Shown: positions 12,713 to 26,975, counted from the first letter of the stretch. The stretch is 64,000 bases of DNA from Eledone cirrhosa (GCA_964016885.1 OZ024741.1:147498001-147562000); one strand, 5' to 3'. Translations and numbers: made by a program. Notes: generated by a model not told the origin, from the sequence alone.

Positions 12713-13258
12713 CTAGTTGACGTACCCAGCTTCGCCTGGGTAAACAGATGATAAGAGAAAAGGTCCTTATTTACACCCTTCACAACTCTGTATGTTAGAC
12801 TGACAGACAGGCACACAGACAGATAAACTGCGTGGCGATTGTGGAACGCCGCACGTATACACACATACACGCATGGAAACGCGCACACGCACGCAAACTT
12901 AAACACGCACCCGTGCACTTACACACACGCACACACGTTGATAGTTTTTTACTTTCTGTAGAACGCTGCACGCACGCACACACACATAAACATACGCGCA
13001 CGTACATACACACGCACACATGTTAATAGTTATTGCTTTCCTTCCCCTCTTATTTCCACACACATCACACACACACATGTCTCTACACTGACACATATAG
13101 CGTTCACACTCTCCCCTCTCACTCCCTCATTGGCATTATGCATATTAATTTCAGTTTGGCGTCGTTGGGGTGGGCAGAGTCGTTTGAAACCTATGAACCA
13201 ATGATAATCGAGAATTATGACACACGGAATACTGACGTTGTTCAAATTAATATATAGA
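12713..13258 (-). mobile_element. Non-autonomous Helitron (internal-deletion derivative of the adjacent autonomous element)
   Basis: Minus strand starts TCTATATATTAATTTG and ends with hairpin TACCCAGGCGAAGCTGGGTA followed by CTAG|T. Body is homologous to 18490-18845. Confidence 0.9.
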
Positions 13259-16200
13259 CTAGCTGACGTACCCAATTTCGCCCGGGTAAACAGATGATAA
13301 GAGAAGACAGGTAAAAGAGAAAATGACTGTAATGGATGTTTGTCTGGTTACTGTATGAGGCGAGTCAGTGGTGTCTGTGTGATACCAAAAACAGTAAAAA
13401 AAATCTTCCAGATATACCAGATTCTTCGTTGTACCGTTTGTGCATAGTATATGAACAATTCTAGGTGCTTCCACCTAGAATAGTGACCTCTAGGAGATGG
13501 TTCATCTTCTGCCTGACTGTAAAACGTGTATCATTGCATAGACGTGGTTGTTCCACGTTTCTCAAAAGGATGATGGAAGTTCCAATCTTTTATATTATAT
13601 GTAGATATAGATATAGATAATTAATATAAAAGATGTCCGTCAATGTAAAAAAAGGTCCCTATTTACTTGAAATGGTTTATACAAATGCCAAATTAATATG
13701 GATATGGATAACATGCTTATCTATAAGCAGTCAGCTATAATAATAAAACAACAAATTATATGAGACAAAAATTTATTCAGTAATTTCCAGGCTCTTAGCC
13801 ACTGAGTAATAGACAGTCAATATTGCCCAGAGTTCAACTCGGGGAGGTGGCCTGGTTTGAACTCCAAATGGCGGATCCTTCTACTTCGAAAATAGAATCG
13901 TTTTTCAATATTACTCTTGCCCTGGCCGGCCATAAGCACCAAACGTTTTGCCAGACTCAGCATATGATGAGGTTTTATTACCACCTCTATCAGAAGCGAT
14001 AAATTTGAAGGCAATTTCTACCAATACTTGTTTTTTATTGCTCATTATCGACAATGAATGACATTGAACAGAAATGATAACTCTGTCAAAGCTCACAATA
14101 CTGATCAAAGGACACCAATGTCTGAATCATTTACGTCGAATATTCATAGCAATGAAGGCAATTTCTACCAATACTTGTTGGTATTTATTGCGCAACATAG
14201 CAGTGAAAGTAATTTTTACCAATACTGTAATACTTTGTTAGTGGTATCAATTGCAAATTTTATACCATCAGGATCGCACACTCGAGATGCAGCAACAAAC
14301 AGTTGCCCATGGCTGAATGCTGGATCATTCAAGTAGACCCCGACTCGCTTGAAAGTCTGTCCCTGTGCCTTGTTGACAGTCATGGAGAAGGCCAAATTGA
14401 CGGGAAACTGTCTCCTTTGCCAAAGGAATGGCAGCAGATCTTCACTTGGTCTCAGCATGATCCTCGGAATGAGAACCGATTCCTCTCTGCCTGGGAGTTT
14501 AGCTTCTAAAACTCGTCCGTTAATCAATCTCTCAACAATCAATCTAGTACCATTGCAAAGACCCATTTTATGATTGATATTTCTAAGCAATATAATCGGC
14601 ATACCCTTTTTCAACCTCAAAATATGTGGGGGGAATCCGGATATTTGAAGTGAATTCAGATACTCAGTCGGAACATCCATATTATTCTGCTGATTAGGCT
14701 CCATTGCATCCGCACTGACGGTCAACCATTCCTCTCCAGGAAACATTCCGGCTACTTGTGAATTTATTTCATCGACCGTTGCATTCGTATGAGTTAGAAT
14801 AACGCGTTCCGATATCCAGGAGATATTCTGCCAAAAAGCATTCAAATTAGGGAACACCCAGTCAATCAATGCTTGGCGGTCCAGTGGCATGACCAAATAG
14901 TCTGGGATTCTTACAGTCTGATTATCACCAACGTGTGGCAATTCATCGTTTCCCAACTGCATCAACCATATGTCTCAGCCTCTTCGTTTTGCCCGAACAT
15001 ACGAAGTCGCATATTATCGTGTAATCGCAAAACTCTGAAATGGCGCCACAACGGGGACTTTTTCAGACATGCATCGACAATTTGCGCTCTTTGAGCATTC
15101 CTAACAATTGGTAGCACCTGTCTGAAATCGCCACCAAGAACGATAGTCTTACCACCGAATGGCAGGTCATTACCGCAGATATCTCTCAAAGTTCTGTCCA
15201 ATGCCTCCAGCAAATATATGTGTGCCATTGGAGCCTCGTCCCAAATAATCAGAGACGTATTGCGTATAAGGCCCGCGAGTTCACTTTGTCCTGTAATGTT
15301 ACAGACACTCAACTCATCCGGAGCCAATGGAGCCTTGAAGCATGAGTGGCCACAGGGAGAGCAATCTTCCTCTGAGCTCTGACTGCCGATAACATAGTGT
15401 TGAAACCGGTGCCTCCTGGAGCATCTATGAAAGCACAAAGTTGCTCATTAGTGGAAATCGAGTGGAGAACGCCATCGCCCAATTCTCTCTGAGATGATTG
15501 GGTCAACATTGGTATACGTTCATCCACAATACGTTGCTGTTCCAGTGGATCAAACTGGAATAGTTCCCTCCGATCGAGTGGCAACCGTCTAAGCTGCAAT
15601 CTCATGTTCAATGCTAAGACACGTTGCCGCATTTCTTCATCAGGAATTGGCAAATTGAAATCTGTTAAACATTTGAAATGAACTTCAAGCAGTTGCTCAA
15701 TATTGAGCAAAACAATAGCTTTCATCAAATTTTCATCATCGACCTGAAGATGATGCCTAAAATCATCAGCCATAATTCCCCAATGGCGTTCAAATAACTC
15801 TCTTGGATCGGCAGGATTGCAGAATCCTAGAATCGTGACAAACAACTGCCTTATTTGAGCTGGCATCTGTGTTGTTCCTGCAGCTCCCATGGCGTTATTC
15901 CCCTCACCGTCATCCTGAAGGAGTCCCAGATGCTGACACACAGCCTGGTATGTTTCATATTCCACGCCATTGATTGTTTTCAAATCAGCGAAGCTCTGTT
16001 TACCTCTCGAAAAATCATTATGCAACAGAATTCGGAGATAAAACACATCATCAGATGCTGGATGGACATTACAAACCCGTCCAATAGTCATGAATCTCAA
16101 CTTTTGTTTTCTATCATTCCATTTCTTTCCCTTCTTATCCCACGTATAGTGCGAAGGGGTATCGCAGTAGAGTTGCCTTTGATCCGGGTTCAAAGCATGT

Positions 16201-18845
16201 TCCCTATTATGCTTGAACCACTCAGTCAATTCCGTCTTAGGAGGTGGTGCGTTAGCAATTCTTTCGACACCTCTTCTAGTGTCCTGAAAACAGACCATTT
16301 GCCTATATTCTCTAAGTGAACCGTCAGTTTCTGAACGCTGGGTTTGCGTTCATTGAGATCAAAATCGAACAATCTCTAGCAAACTTCGCTAGATCCAATC
16401 GAGCAAACATCCTGGAACCTGCCAACTTCATCTCCTTGGTTCGCTTCTTCATTCCTGACATTGATCATTGCCCGATCCTGACCTTTGTAAACATATTTGA
16501 ATAGATATTTGCAAGCTTTCACTGAGCTACAAATTTCCACATTAATATGACAACGATATTTCATAATCAAATATGGATTGTAAGGCACAACCCATTGATT
16601 TGTAACCTGTCGACCGTTTACATTTTCGACCAAACCGCCATCTGCAGGCGACCGTCTTCTGTATGAGGGATGAGCATCCCCATCGTTCCAGGAAGTGTTC
16701 GTGACAAAAGATTTCGGAAAGTGCTTACTGCATTGGCCATTTTTCATGCAAGGCGCTTTCCGATTTGCCACTCCGCATTGGTTGTGGACCATTGACTTTG
16801 CCACCGAGTTGCGTAGTGCACAATATCAGGACGGTCCTTTGGCTGTTGTCCTGGCAAAAGTGCATCCTTAATATCAGTCCATTCAGGATTACATGCAACC
16901 GTTATAAACAAATCTGGCTTTCCAAACTTTCTGACAATAGCCATTGCATCCTGGTAGCGAATGTTCATATATCTCGATGAACGACGATGGCAAAATGATG
17001 CGTCGACTAATTTGCTTGTAATTGGCATCATCGGCTGTTATCGCATCCTGTATATTATTATACAATTCAGCTCTGATATGTTGCTGATGTGTAGCTATAT
17101 AATTTAGCCTTTGATTTTCGATCTTTGCGAATGCCATACAACAGTATTTCTGGAACAATCTGCTGGCTTGAAATAGCGCATTTCTCTGTTGATTCCTCTC
17201 GTTCAAATGGAACGCGTAAAAGCCGCGAATCGAATTATTGTGTCTATTGCCACCTCCCTGTTGATGCTGATTCTCATGATCATCTAAATGAACAGACATA
17301 TTCCATCCATTTTCACCTTTTGGGAATAAAAGAACATAATGCAATGGATCGTATGCCCTATTTGACTCATTGATAGTCTTGAGACCACCACATCTGCGAT
17401 TGAGGAGGATATCTCTCGAACCAGGCTTATCGTCCATCAACACAGCAACTTCACGAAATCCTTCAGGGGCATTATATCGCCGTTCGTGTTGATTCCTTGG
17501 CACTGCGTCAGCCTTAATCACCAATGTTTGCTGCTGAACATTTTGCGGTTCAGCCACCAACATGAAATCCATAACATAAGGATTACACTGTCTAAGCCAT
17601 GATTGCAAATCACGGATCAAATCACTTAACCTTTGCCGTTCAAGTTCAATCATATTTCCCGGCAACTTCATCCAACCGATCCTGATATCCTTCTCCGATT
17701 CACTATAATCTGGATCGTTAACGTAAGTTTGAGCGAATCGAGGTCTCTCTCCTGAGGTAACTTCTAAATTACCGATACAATGATACAAACGGCCTTGAAT
17801 GACTACATTCGGTTGCCATGCTCCACTCTCAAACATCTCACTAACTCTCTGCGATGCTAAAACTAATGAATTGTTAATTTGCCGCGAATATTTGCGCAGT
17901 AATCTACCTCGGCCTCCTTGATCACCCCACATACTTAGTATTTTAAACTCCGGTGACTCCTCATCATCCGGCATTCGCAAGGGTTCTAGTTGAACTGCTC
18001 CTTTATGACAGCACATTGTGGCCCACGTCTTTTTATGCCTCAATGTGGACACAATGTGGACACTCTGTTCGTCCACCAATCTGAAAATGACACGGTTGCC
18101 ATGATCCATTTTTAATATCATCCGTTGCTGTCTTTTTACTGGAATGAGGAGCACTTTGGCGACACATTCTCTGAACTTCTGTATTGCGCTGGCGCTGTTC
18201 AGCCAGCTCCTCTTCATCCATCGCAGCACGCCGTTGCTGCTGAATTCTGGTCATCTGCTGATGATGCTCAGCCAGTTCGTCTTCAACCATCGCAGCACGC
18301 CGTCGCTGTTTGGCTCCAGTGTTTCGTTGGCGTTGTTCCGCCAGCTCCACTTCATTGCTGGCTGCACGCCGTCGCCGCTGTTGTTCTCTGTTTGATAAAG
18401 TCGAATTGCTTTTATTATCAGTGTTCATTTCGAGCAATTGTCAAAAAATGTGACAATAATAAATATAAAAGATGTCCCTCAATGTAAAGAAAGGTCCCTA
18501 TTTACTCCATTCACAACTCTGTGTATGTTAGACTAACAGACAGGCACACAGACAGATAAACTGCGTGGTGATTGTGGAACGCCACACACATACACGCATG
18601 GAAACGCGCACACGCACGCAAACTTACATACGCACACACTCACACATGTTGATAGTTTTTACTCTCTGTGGAACGCTGCACGCACGCACACACACATAAA
18701 CATACGCGCACGTACATTGGCATTATGCATATTAATTTCAGTTTGGCGTCGTTGAGGTGGGCGGAGTCGTTTGAAACCTATAAACCAATGATAATCGAGA
18801 ATTATGACACACGGAATACTGACGTTCTTCAAATTAATAAATAGA
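13259..18845 (-). mobile_element. Autonomous-type Helitron (decayed)
   Basis: 5' A|TCTATTTATTAATTTG at 18845, 3' hairpin plus CTAG at 13259-13262, RepHel coding sequence inside. Confidence 0.92.
14216..18437 (-). pseudogene. Helitron RepHel transposase (HUH Rep plus PIF1-like SF1 helicase), fragmented
   Basis: FGKPDLFITVACNPEW (Rep motif 1), YLFKYVYKG (motif 3), DAPGGTG, IIWDEAPM, GGDFRQVLP, GLCNGTRL, MTVNKAQGQT, FSHGQLFVAASRV. HUH motif 2 is not seen (deletion near 16815). Confidence 0.93.
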
Positions 18846-18867
18846 TTTGTTATGATACTTTAAATTA

Positions 18868-18928
<61 letters not shown>

Positions 18929-18949
18929 GTGTGTGTGTGTATTGGGCAT

Positions 18950-19640
18950 ATTTGGAACACATATATCGAAGAAAAAATGTCCATTTGGAATATGGTCAAG
19001 AATAAGAACAACGCCAAAGTTTATGAAAAGTGGTTGAATTCTACTATGTTAATTTTACCCCAAACACTGGAAATAAAAGCATTAAATTATGAACCAGAAT
19101 AACAAAGAATAATATCGAAAAGAATGACTTTGGAGAAAAGGGACATGGTAGAAATAAACCAAAATACAAAGATATTGATTAACAAATGGTGGAAAACTGG
19201 GTTAAAAATAGGATTGCATTTGCAAAATATAAGAAATTTGGAAACAAGAACATAAAAAATAAAGCCTTGTACCATTCCAATGGTGGAAGAAGAGTGAAAA
19301 TAAGTACTGCATTAAGAAAGTATACAACTCAGACAACCCATTTATAAAAAGGTTAACAAAGAAGCAAATATATATGGAATCGTAATATGACATCAAACCA
19401 TAAATTTTACATACCAAAGGCCTAAACCAAAGCTTAGTAAATTCAGAATAAACAAAGTTGATAATAGAAAATCCACATTCAATATATATTATGATAACTG
19501 GACAGTCTTTTTGTCTGTCTGTCACATGCGAATGCTACGACCTGTCAAAGATTAATTAGAATTCATGGAACACAAATATAATATACAAAAGTGTGGAGAG
19601 CAAATATTCTAAAATGCTTTCATTCATACCAGTAATCAGT
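18950..19640 (+). mobile_element. Possible highly decayed Penelope-like fragment
   Basis: Broken reading frames ending in RFMEHKYNIQK, resembling the GIY-YIG R..EH motif. Weak. Confidence 0.3.
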
Positions 19641-19647
19641 ATTCTCT

Positions 19648-21320
19648 CGGGATTGCGGAAAGCGGTGTCGGCCTACGCCGATGACGTAACAGTAATGGTG
19701 TCGACGGCCTCGGAAATCGGGGCGATCGGCACCTTTCTGGAGGAGTACGAAAGGTTTACAGGGACTAAGCTGAACCGGGACAAGTCGATCGGTCTGCAAC
19801 TCGGCATGCGGAGGGGCAGATCGATGCCCTCCGGTGGCATCGTCGGGCGCTGGACGGAGGGCCCGGTGAAGTTGCTTGAGGTCTGGTTCGGACCAGACCT
19901 CCAGGTGGAAAAGAACTGGGGTGAGGTAACGAACAGGGTGTTTGCACTGACCCAGAAGTGGGCCGAGTGCAAACTGTCCCTGAAAGGTCGGGCGGAGGTG
20001 GCGAACACTTATATAGCGTCCGTCATCTACTACCGCCTGACCGTTGTGCCTTGCCCAGGGGAAACGCTCACCAAAATGGAGCGCGCACTCTTCCAATTCC
20101 TTTGGAAGAAGCGGGCTCCTATGGTGAGGAGATCCATCTGCTGTCAACACCCTTCGAAAGGAGGGCTGGGGATACCGTGGCTAATGATACGTAAACACGC
20201 ATTAAGGCTACGGCACCTCCAGGTATTCCTCACCGGTCAACCGGTGTGGGCCCCGTTTGTGAGGCGAGACTTTCCCAGACTCGTCTCGCTCACCGAGCTG
20301 CAATCCTGAGTCAAGCAAAGACCGAGAAAACTAGGCGCCTGGCACACCGAGTGTACCCAGGCGCTCACGGCTCTCTGGCAGGCGGAACCGGCTGTCAGTG
20401 GAGAATCCACCTCGTCATTCTATAGAGGGCTGGTGGTTAGCAGGTGCGACGACGCCCTCGGAGAAGCCCTAGGCATGGAGGAAGACGAACTGGCCAACCT
20501 GTTCGGTAGGACATTCAGCCCGGGACCCATGGATAACTTCCAGAGGTCCCTGGCCTGGCAGTGCTACCGAGGGGCTCTGCCCATTCGAGAAAGGCTCTAC
20601 AGACACGGGCGCCCGGGTAGGGACCCCTCGAAAAAGATCTGTCCCAGATGCGTGTGCGACGAGGAAACCGTTGCACACGCATTGGTACACTGCTCGGGCA
20701 TTGCCGATCTGTGGGGCTATGTCGAACAACTGCTGTCAAGGGTGGGACCGATCCGGTTGACCACCGCGTCTATTGTAACGATCAAGCCGCCTCCCCTCTT
20801 CAAAAACGAAGGAGAGGCGGTGTTTCTGTGCATAATAGCCATGGCGAAAGAGGTTGTATGGTGGACGCGTCTGAAAGGACTGAGGTCAGACACCTTTCTC
20901 TCTGGCCAACAACTGGTCCGTTTCTTCCGATATCATTTCGGAAGAAGGATCAGGATGGAGAGATAGCTGCTGCACCCCAGCCGTTTTTATGAAAGATGGG
21001 TGAAAGTAGCGAGAATAGCCCGTGTGAATGGGCCTTCACTCTACATCAGACTATAGGTGAGGAAGATGAAAGATCAAGGGAGCACCCCCTTTCTGTGCTC
21101 CTGAGGAGAAGGGTTGCACACTTTTTCGGGGGTGGGTGCGACCCCCCAAGGCGCCTCCTCCCTATTGAGGATTTTGTTATTAAATTTATTTTTGTTATAT
21201 TTTATTTTATCTTTATATCTTGTTATTGCCTCCTCCTTATTGAGGACGCCTTTTTATGTAAACTCCCCCCATTGTACTTGTCCCACTTTTTGATGCCCTG
21301 GTGGCAAATATAAAGAAAGT
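19648..21320 (+). mobile_element. 5'-truncated Tx1 copy
   Basis: YADD, LSLKGRA, CPRC..H..C, 3' UTR, then a degenerate TATC tail at 21321-21354. Confidence 0.92.
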
Positions 21321-21354
21321 TATCTATTATCTATCATCTATCTCTATCTCTATC

Positions 21355-24300
21355 GGACGTACGGTAGATCGCTGGTAAGTTTTTGTAAAATTTTCCATAC
21401 AAAAACAGAATTCATTGTGTAAAATGTTATATTGTTTGATAGATTAACACCCAGGGTGAATTGTCAGCTGGGTGATAATCTCAGTTTTCGCTCCACAGGG
21501 GCGGAAATTTAATTTAAAAAATTGACAAGTTTTAAAAAATGTTCCTAACTTTAACAATGTGTGACTTACAACGAACGCTAGACTGCGAGAAGAGAGGGAA
21601 AGAGACAGATATAAACGTTATATCTCCCTCTAGTTCCATAGAAGTATCTATGGAAACGAACAACAACAAAACTTCGTTTCGTAAAGAAATGGATATTTAC
21701 ACAACAATAGATGAAAATAACAGCCCACAACAGACACCAAAAAATAAGAAAATACAGAAATTGAAACAATTGACACAACTACAAACGAAAAAACCAACAA
21801 CAACAAAATCGAAAAAACAACATTCGCACAGACAGTGATAAATAAAACAGAGTACAAACACATCGACATAAGCAACTCCAAACAAATGTTGACCGATGCA
21901 AAATAATTCATAACCTTTGAAGAAAAGTGTGGGTTTCATATAAACTCACCCTTGCAAATTAAACGAGTAACAGTTCGAAGGACAGTAACCTTCCGAACTG
22001 TTTCAAATCAAACGAAAAAACCGGTATTCCTCAGTCAAGGACAAATTGAAACAACCCTGAAAGAGGCTCTGTCGGACATTGATTTTATGCAGAGGGCCAG
22101 ACTATATGGAAGTGTTTCGGTACTTTTTACAAGCGAGGCCCTCGCACAAAAGCATTCTGTTACACCAGTGATCACAAAAGCACACACCTTTTTCCCTACT
22201 TACATGGGAAAAAGAACTCAAAAGATTAAAATAAATAATATACCACCGAACATCAACATTTGGTGGATCTTGGCCGGTTTTATAGAGCCATAAAGTGATA
22301 CAATTCTTTCGGTCAGGAAATCGACCAGACAAAGGTGGGCAGGGACAAATTTGGAAATTCTGATACAAATGACACCAGAAAGAATTTCCAAAATCCTCGA
22401 AAGAGTGCTGGTCGACAACCAGAACTACATCAACATCGTAACTGGGGGGGCAGAAAGCCTCACTGTCTTCGATGTGCAAGCACATCACACCTAAAAGCCT
22501 CCTGCCCTTTACAAACAAATCTTTTTTTTTAAAAGTACTTTTACCAACACCAAAACAATCACCACCACAACCACCACCACCACCACAACAACAACAACAA
22601 TAACAGACGAAACGAGCAAACACACCAAAACAAACAGCCACTCAACCAACAACAGAAAAAAACAGAGACAACACCCCTGAAGAACACAGCCCCACCCCAT
22701 CTCACTCCATCAAACACTACCACAAACACACACACCGAAACACCACCACCACACAACACACCCCTACATCACACTCCTGACGATGATTATTCATCGACGG
22801 ATGAAGCTGCTTCTCCTTCTTTAAGTGAAGAAGAGGGAGAGCCGCGGAAATCTAAAAAACAAAAAAAGAGACACCACAAAACCACAAAACTCCAATCACC
22901 AACACCAACACACAACCACAGACCCAAACATAAAACACAAACAACACCACAGTTAAACATCCCCCTACAAGCAAACCCAACACTAACACCACCCCAAACA
23001 CAAGCACCCACCATAAAAAGAAAACTCCCGGACGAGCAACAAACTAAAACAACACAACAAAAACACAAACAACAATACGCTTACATCAACACAAACAACA
23101 AGAGTTTGATGGAGGTCATCTTCCAAAACCCCAAGGTGGAGACGGAGGGCAAAACTTTCGTCAAGGCAGAATCGTCTCCACGCCTTAAACTTATAAGGGT
23201 TTCTATGGAAACCTATAATGACCTGAAAAATAAATTTTCACAGGACGTGGGCAACCCCTGCCAGAAACCCATCAACCGCGTCCTGTTAAAATGTTTCCCT
23301 ACCCCACCCAACACCCCATCCAGCATCCAAATGGAGATTGAACAACCCGATCTCCAGGAAACGAAAAGGTAAGTGCACCTTTTCGTCCATTTTCTCCAAC
23401 TTTTCTTCACCAACATGGCTAGTTTACGAGTTGGAAGCGTAAATGTGCGTGGCCTAGGGATGCCCTGGAAACAGGGTAACTTTTAAACGACCTTAGGTCA
23501 CACAGTATGGATGTGATAGCCATCACCGAGTCCAGGATCCACAACAGGCAGCAACTAACCCCCATCTTCGACGACTTTGAGATCTACTCATCTCTCTCTC
23601 AGCCAGGAGGTGGAGGAGGAGTGGCTATCATGTTTCGGAAGAACCTGGACGGCGAAGTACAGCAACAAGTACACTTGAACCCGGAGGGTAGACTGGTAGT
23701 CCTAGACGTGAACAGTATTGGAGGTGGAGCCTTCAGACTGGTGGCCGTCTATGCCCCGACCGGGCAATCGCAATCACGGCCAGACTTCTTTAAGCGTCTA
23801 GAGTCTTTTCTGGAAACGTCTCGCTCCTTACTTTTAGTGGGGGACTGGAATGGTATCCTAGATGCACGATGGGACTATGTGGGAGCATGTCCAGTAGAGG
23901 GGGGTGCAACAGCCTCAAAATTTTAATCGGCCAATGACAACTGGCCGATAGGCATCGACTGGATTTCCCGACTGCACCACAGTGGACGTGGGCAAACCGC
24001 AGTGGGACATCTAGATCGTATTTAAATAGGTTCTTCATTAGAGAAAGGGACAAGGAGATGTTAAGCTGTCCACGAATGCACATGGTTGCCTATTGAGATC
24101 ACAAATTAGTCGTCTGCTTAGTCAACCGTGATAGAACACATAGACAAGGACCCGGATACTGGAAGCTGAACGTGTCGTTGCCGGCACGTAAAGCTTACAG
24201 TGAACGCATATGTAGTCTAGTCAAGCAACAGTTAACGGGAGCCATCGTCAACAATAGATGGTGGTACTCGCTCAAGAAAGCAATTAGAATAGAATCGATA

Positions 24301-26975
24301 GGATTTAGAAGAGAGTTATCCTTAGAGAAAAACAAAATAGAAAGAGAACTAGTAGCCAAGGTAGAGGAGGCACTTAGAAGTGGCAACGCGGCTAGAGTGT
24401 TAGCGTCGAGAACGGCACTGGACCAGTTATTCGATGCGAAACAAGAAGGCTGTGTGGTCAGAAGCAAAACACGTGCTCTAGGAAACTAAGGAGCGAAAGC
24501 TGTCAGCTGGGCCCGAGTGGCGGAGGCGAAAAGTGGCAACAAGTCCACGATTCGGTCCTTGAAAGACCAAAACGGACGCGTGCTACTTGACCCCAAGCAA
24601 ATGTGCGAGGCCTTTCAGCAGCACTTTGCGCGACTGTTTAAGCAGAACGACAGTGAGCCGAACGGGGCAATGGACTTTAGTTCATACCTCGACGGCCTGC
24701 CGCGTCTCTCGAACACGGACGCCGAGTCCTGCGAAGACCGATCACAGCCACTGAGATACGGGACGCTCTGGGCCGCTGCGGGAAACGCAAGTCACCCGGT
24801 CTAGATGGTCTACCCTATGAGTTTTACATAGACATGCCGGACTTGTTCTCTGGCGTTATGGAAGCCGTCTACTGCAATTGGCAGCAGAACAGGAGAATTC
24901 CCAGTTATGCAGGCAAGGGCGTAGTAACGCTGATCAGGAAAGACGAGAACAAGGGGGACGAAATTAACAACTTCAGGCCCATAACTCTGCTCAACACAGA
25001 GTTAAAGATTTTGGCCAAGGTGCTAGCGACGAGGTTGGCGCTTGTCGTCGAGAACCTGGTAGGAAAAGCGCAAACGTGTGCAATCCCGACCAGGTAAATA
25101 CACGACAACCTCCACCTCATGCGATACATCATAGAGAGGATTGGTAGTAAACCCGGCTTCGGTGGGGCTCTGATCAATTTGGATCAGTCTAAGGCATTCT
25201 ATAGGGTCGACCATCGATACTTGGAAGCGGTTCTCAAGGCGGCCGGTTTCGATCCCGTTTTCAGAGGCTGGATCGAGGCGATGCACACCAGCATCTGCTC
25301 GAGGGTCAAGGTGAACGGCTACCTATCGGAGCCGTTCGCAATCACGCGTTCCATTCGACGAGGGTGCTCTCTCTCCTCCATTCTGTATGTATTGACTATA
25401 GAGCCACTACTGCGGAAATTGGAGCTGTTGCAGGGCATCTCTCTAGAACCGGGACTGCGCAAAGTGGCGTCGGCTTGCAACTCGGTACGTGGAGAGGCAA
25501 ACCGATGACGTCCGACAGCGTCGTTGGACGTTGGATGGACGGACCGGTGAAATTGCTCGGGGTCTGGTTCGGTACAGACCTCCAGGTGGAGAAAAACTGG
25601 AACGAAGTCACGGCCAAGGTCTTTGCGCTCACCCAGAAGTGGGCAGAGTGCAAACTGTCCTTGAAAGGTCGAGCGGAGGTGGCGAACACTTTCATAGCGT
25701 CCGTCATCTACTACCGCTTGACTGTCGTGCCTTGTCCCCGTGAACACCTCGCCAAGATGGAACGCATGCTCTTCCAGTTTCTGTGGAAGAAGTAGGCTTC
25801 GCTGGTGAGGAGATCCGTCTGCTGTCAGCACCCTTCCAATGGAGGGCTGGGAATGCCGTCGCTGATGATGCGCAAACTTGCGCTGAGGCTGCGGCATCTC
25901 CAGGTATTCCTCACCGACCCCCAACCGGTGTGGACACCGTTTGTGAGACAGGCTTTCCCACAGCTCGTCTCGCTGACGGAGCTGCAGTCCTGGGTCAAGA
26001 AAGACCGAAAACGATGGGCGCCTGACACATTGAATGCGCTCAGGCGTTCACAGTCCTCTGGCAAGTGGGCGCAGCAATCAGTGGAGACTCCACTTCGACA
26101 TTTTATAGAGGGAACGTACGTTACAAGGGCGACGACGTGCTCAGAGAGACTCTGGGCATCGAAGACGTTCAGCTCACCAGTCTGTTTGGTAGGACTTTCC
26201 GCCCGGGACCTATGGACAACTTCCAGAAGTCCCTGGCCTGGCAGTGCTACCGAGGAGCTCTACCGGTTCGTGACAAGATCTACAGGCACGAACGCCCCGG
26301 CAGGGATCCTTCTAAGAGGACGTGTCCAAGATGCGAGCAGGACATTGAAACCGTCCTGCACGCAATAGTACACTGCCCGGGCGTAACCGACCTGTGGAAC
26401 TATGCAGAACAATTGCTGTCGCGTATGGGACAAATCCAGTTGACTGCCGAGTCCATAGTAAGGATCAAACCGCCAGCCTCTTTCAAAAACGAAAGAGAGG
26501 CGGTTTTCCTCTGTACAGTGGCTATGGTGAAAGAAGTTATATGGTGGACGTAATTGAGAGGACTGAGGACAGATGCCTTTCTCTCCGGACAACAATTGAT
26601 TCCCTTCTTTAAGTATCACTTTAGAAGGAGAATCAGAGTGGAGAGAGAGGCACTGCACCCCAGTAAATTTACTGAAAGGTGGGTGAATGAAGCGAAAATG
26701 GCCCGAGTGATTGGGCCTTCTCTGTTTATAAGCCTGTAGGTTGAAGAAGAGAGCAAAAGGAAGAAAGGAGCATTTGCACAACACGCTCCTGGAGTTGAGG
26801 GTTGTTCTATCGACGGTGTATTAAACAACCCATTTGTAGTGCTTCCCCCCTATTGGGGATTTCGATTGTTGTAATTGTTTGTTTTTATATTTTTTACACG
26901 ACTGTATGCAAAATCCCCGGCATGTCTTTGTATTGTCCCCTTTTGTTGTGCGTCCTTGTGACAAATAAAGAAATA
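21355..26975 (+). mobile_element. Full-length (decayed) Tx1 copy flanked by TATC repeats
   Basis: 5' UTR, ORF1 (CLRCASTSHLKASC knuckle), ORF2 from ATG near 23415 to 26739 with APE/RT motifs (YADD region deleted near 25475), AATAAA at 26964, TATC tail 26976-26996. Confidence 0.95.

Noticed and set aside
13785-13872. tRNA-like boxes captured in the Helitron
   Set aside because: The B-box-like motif lies upstream of the A-box-like motif on minus, and there is no cloverleaf.
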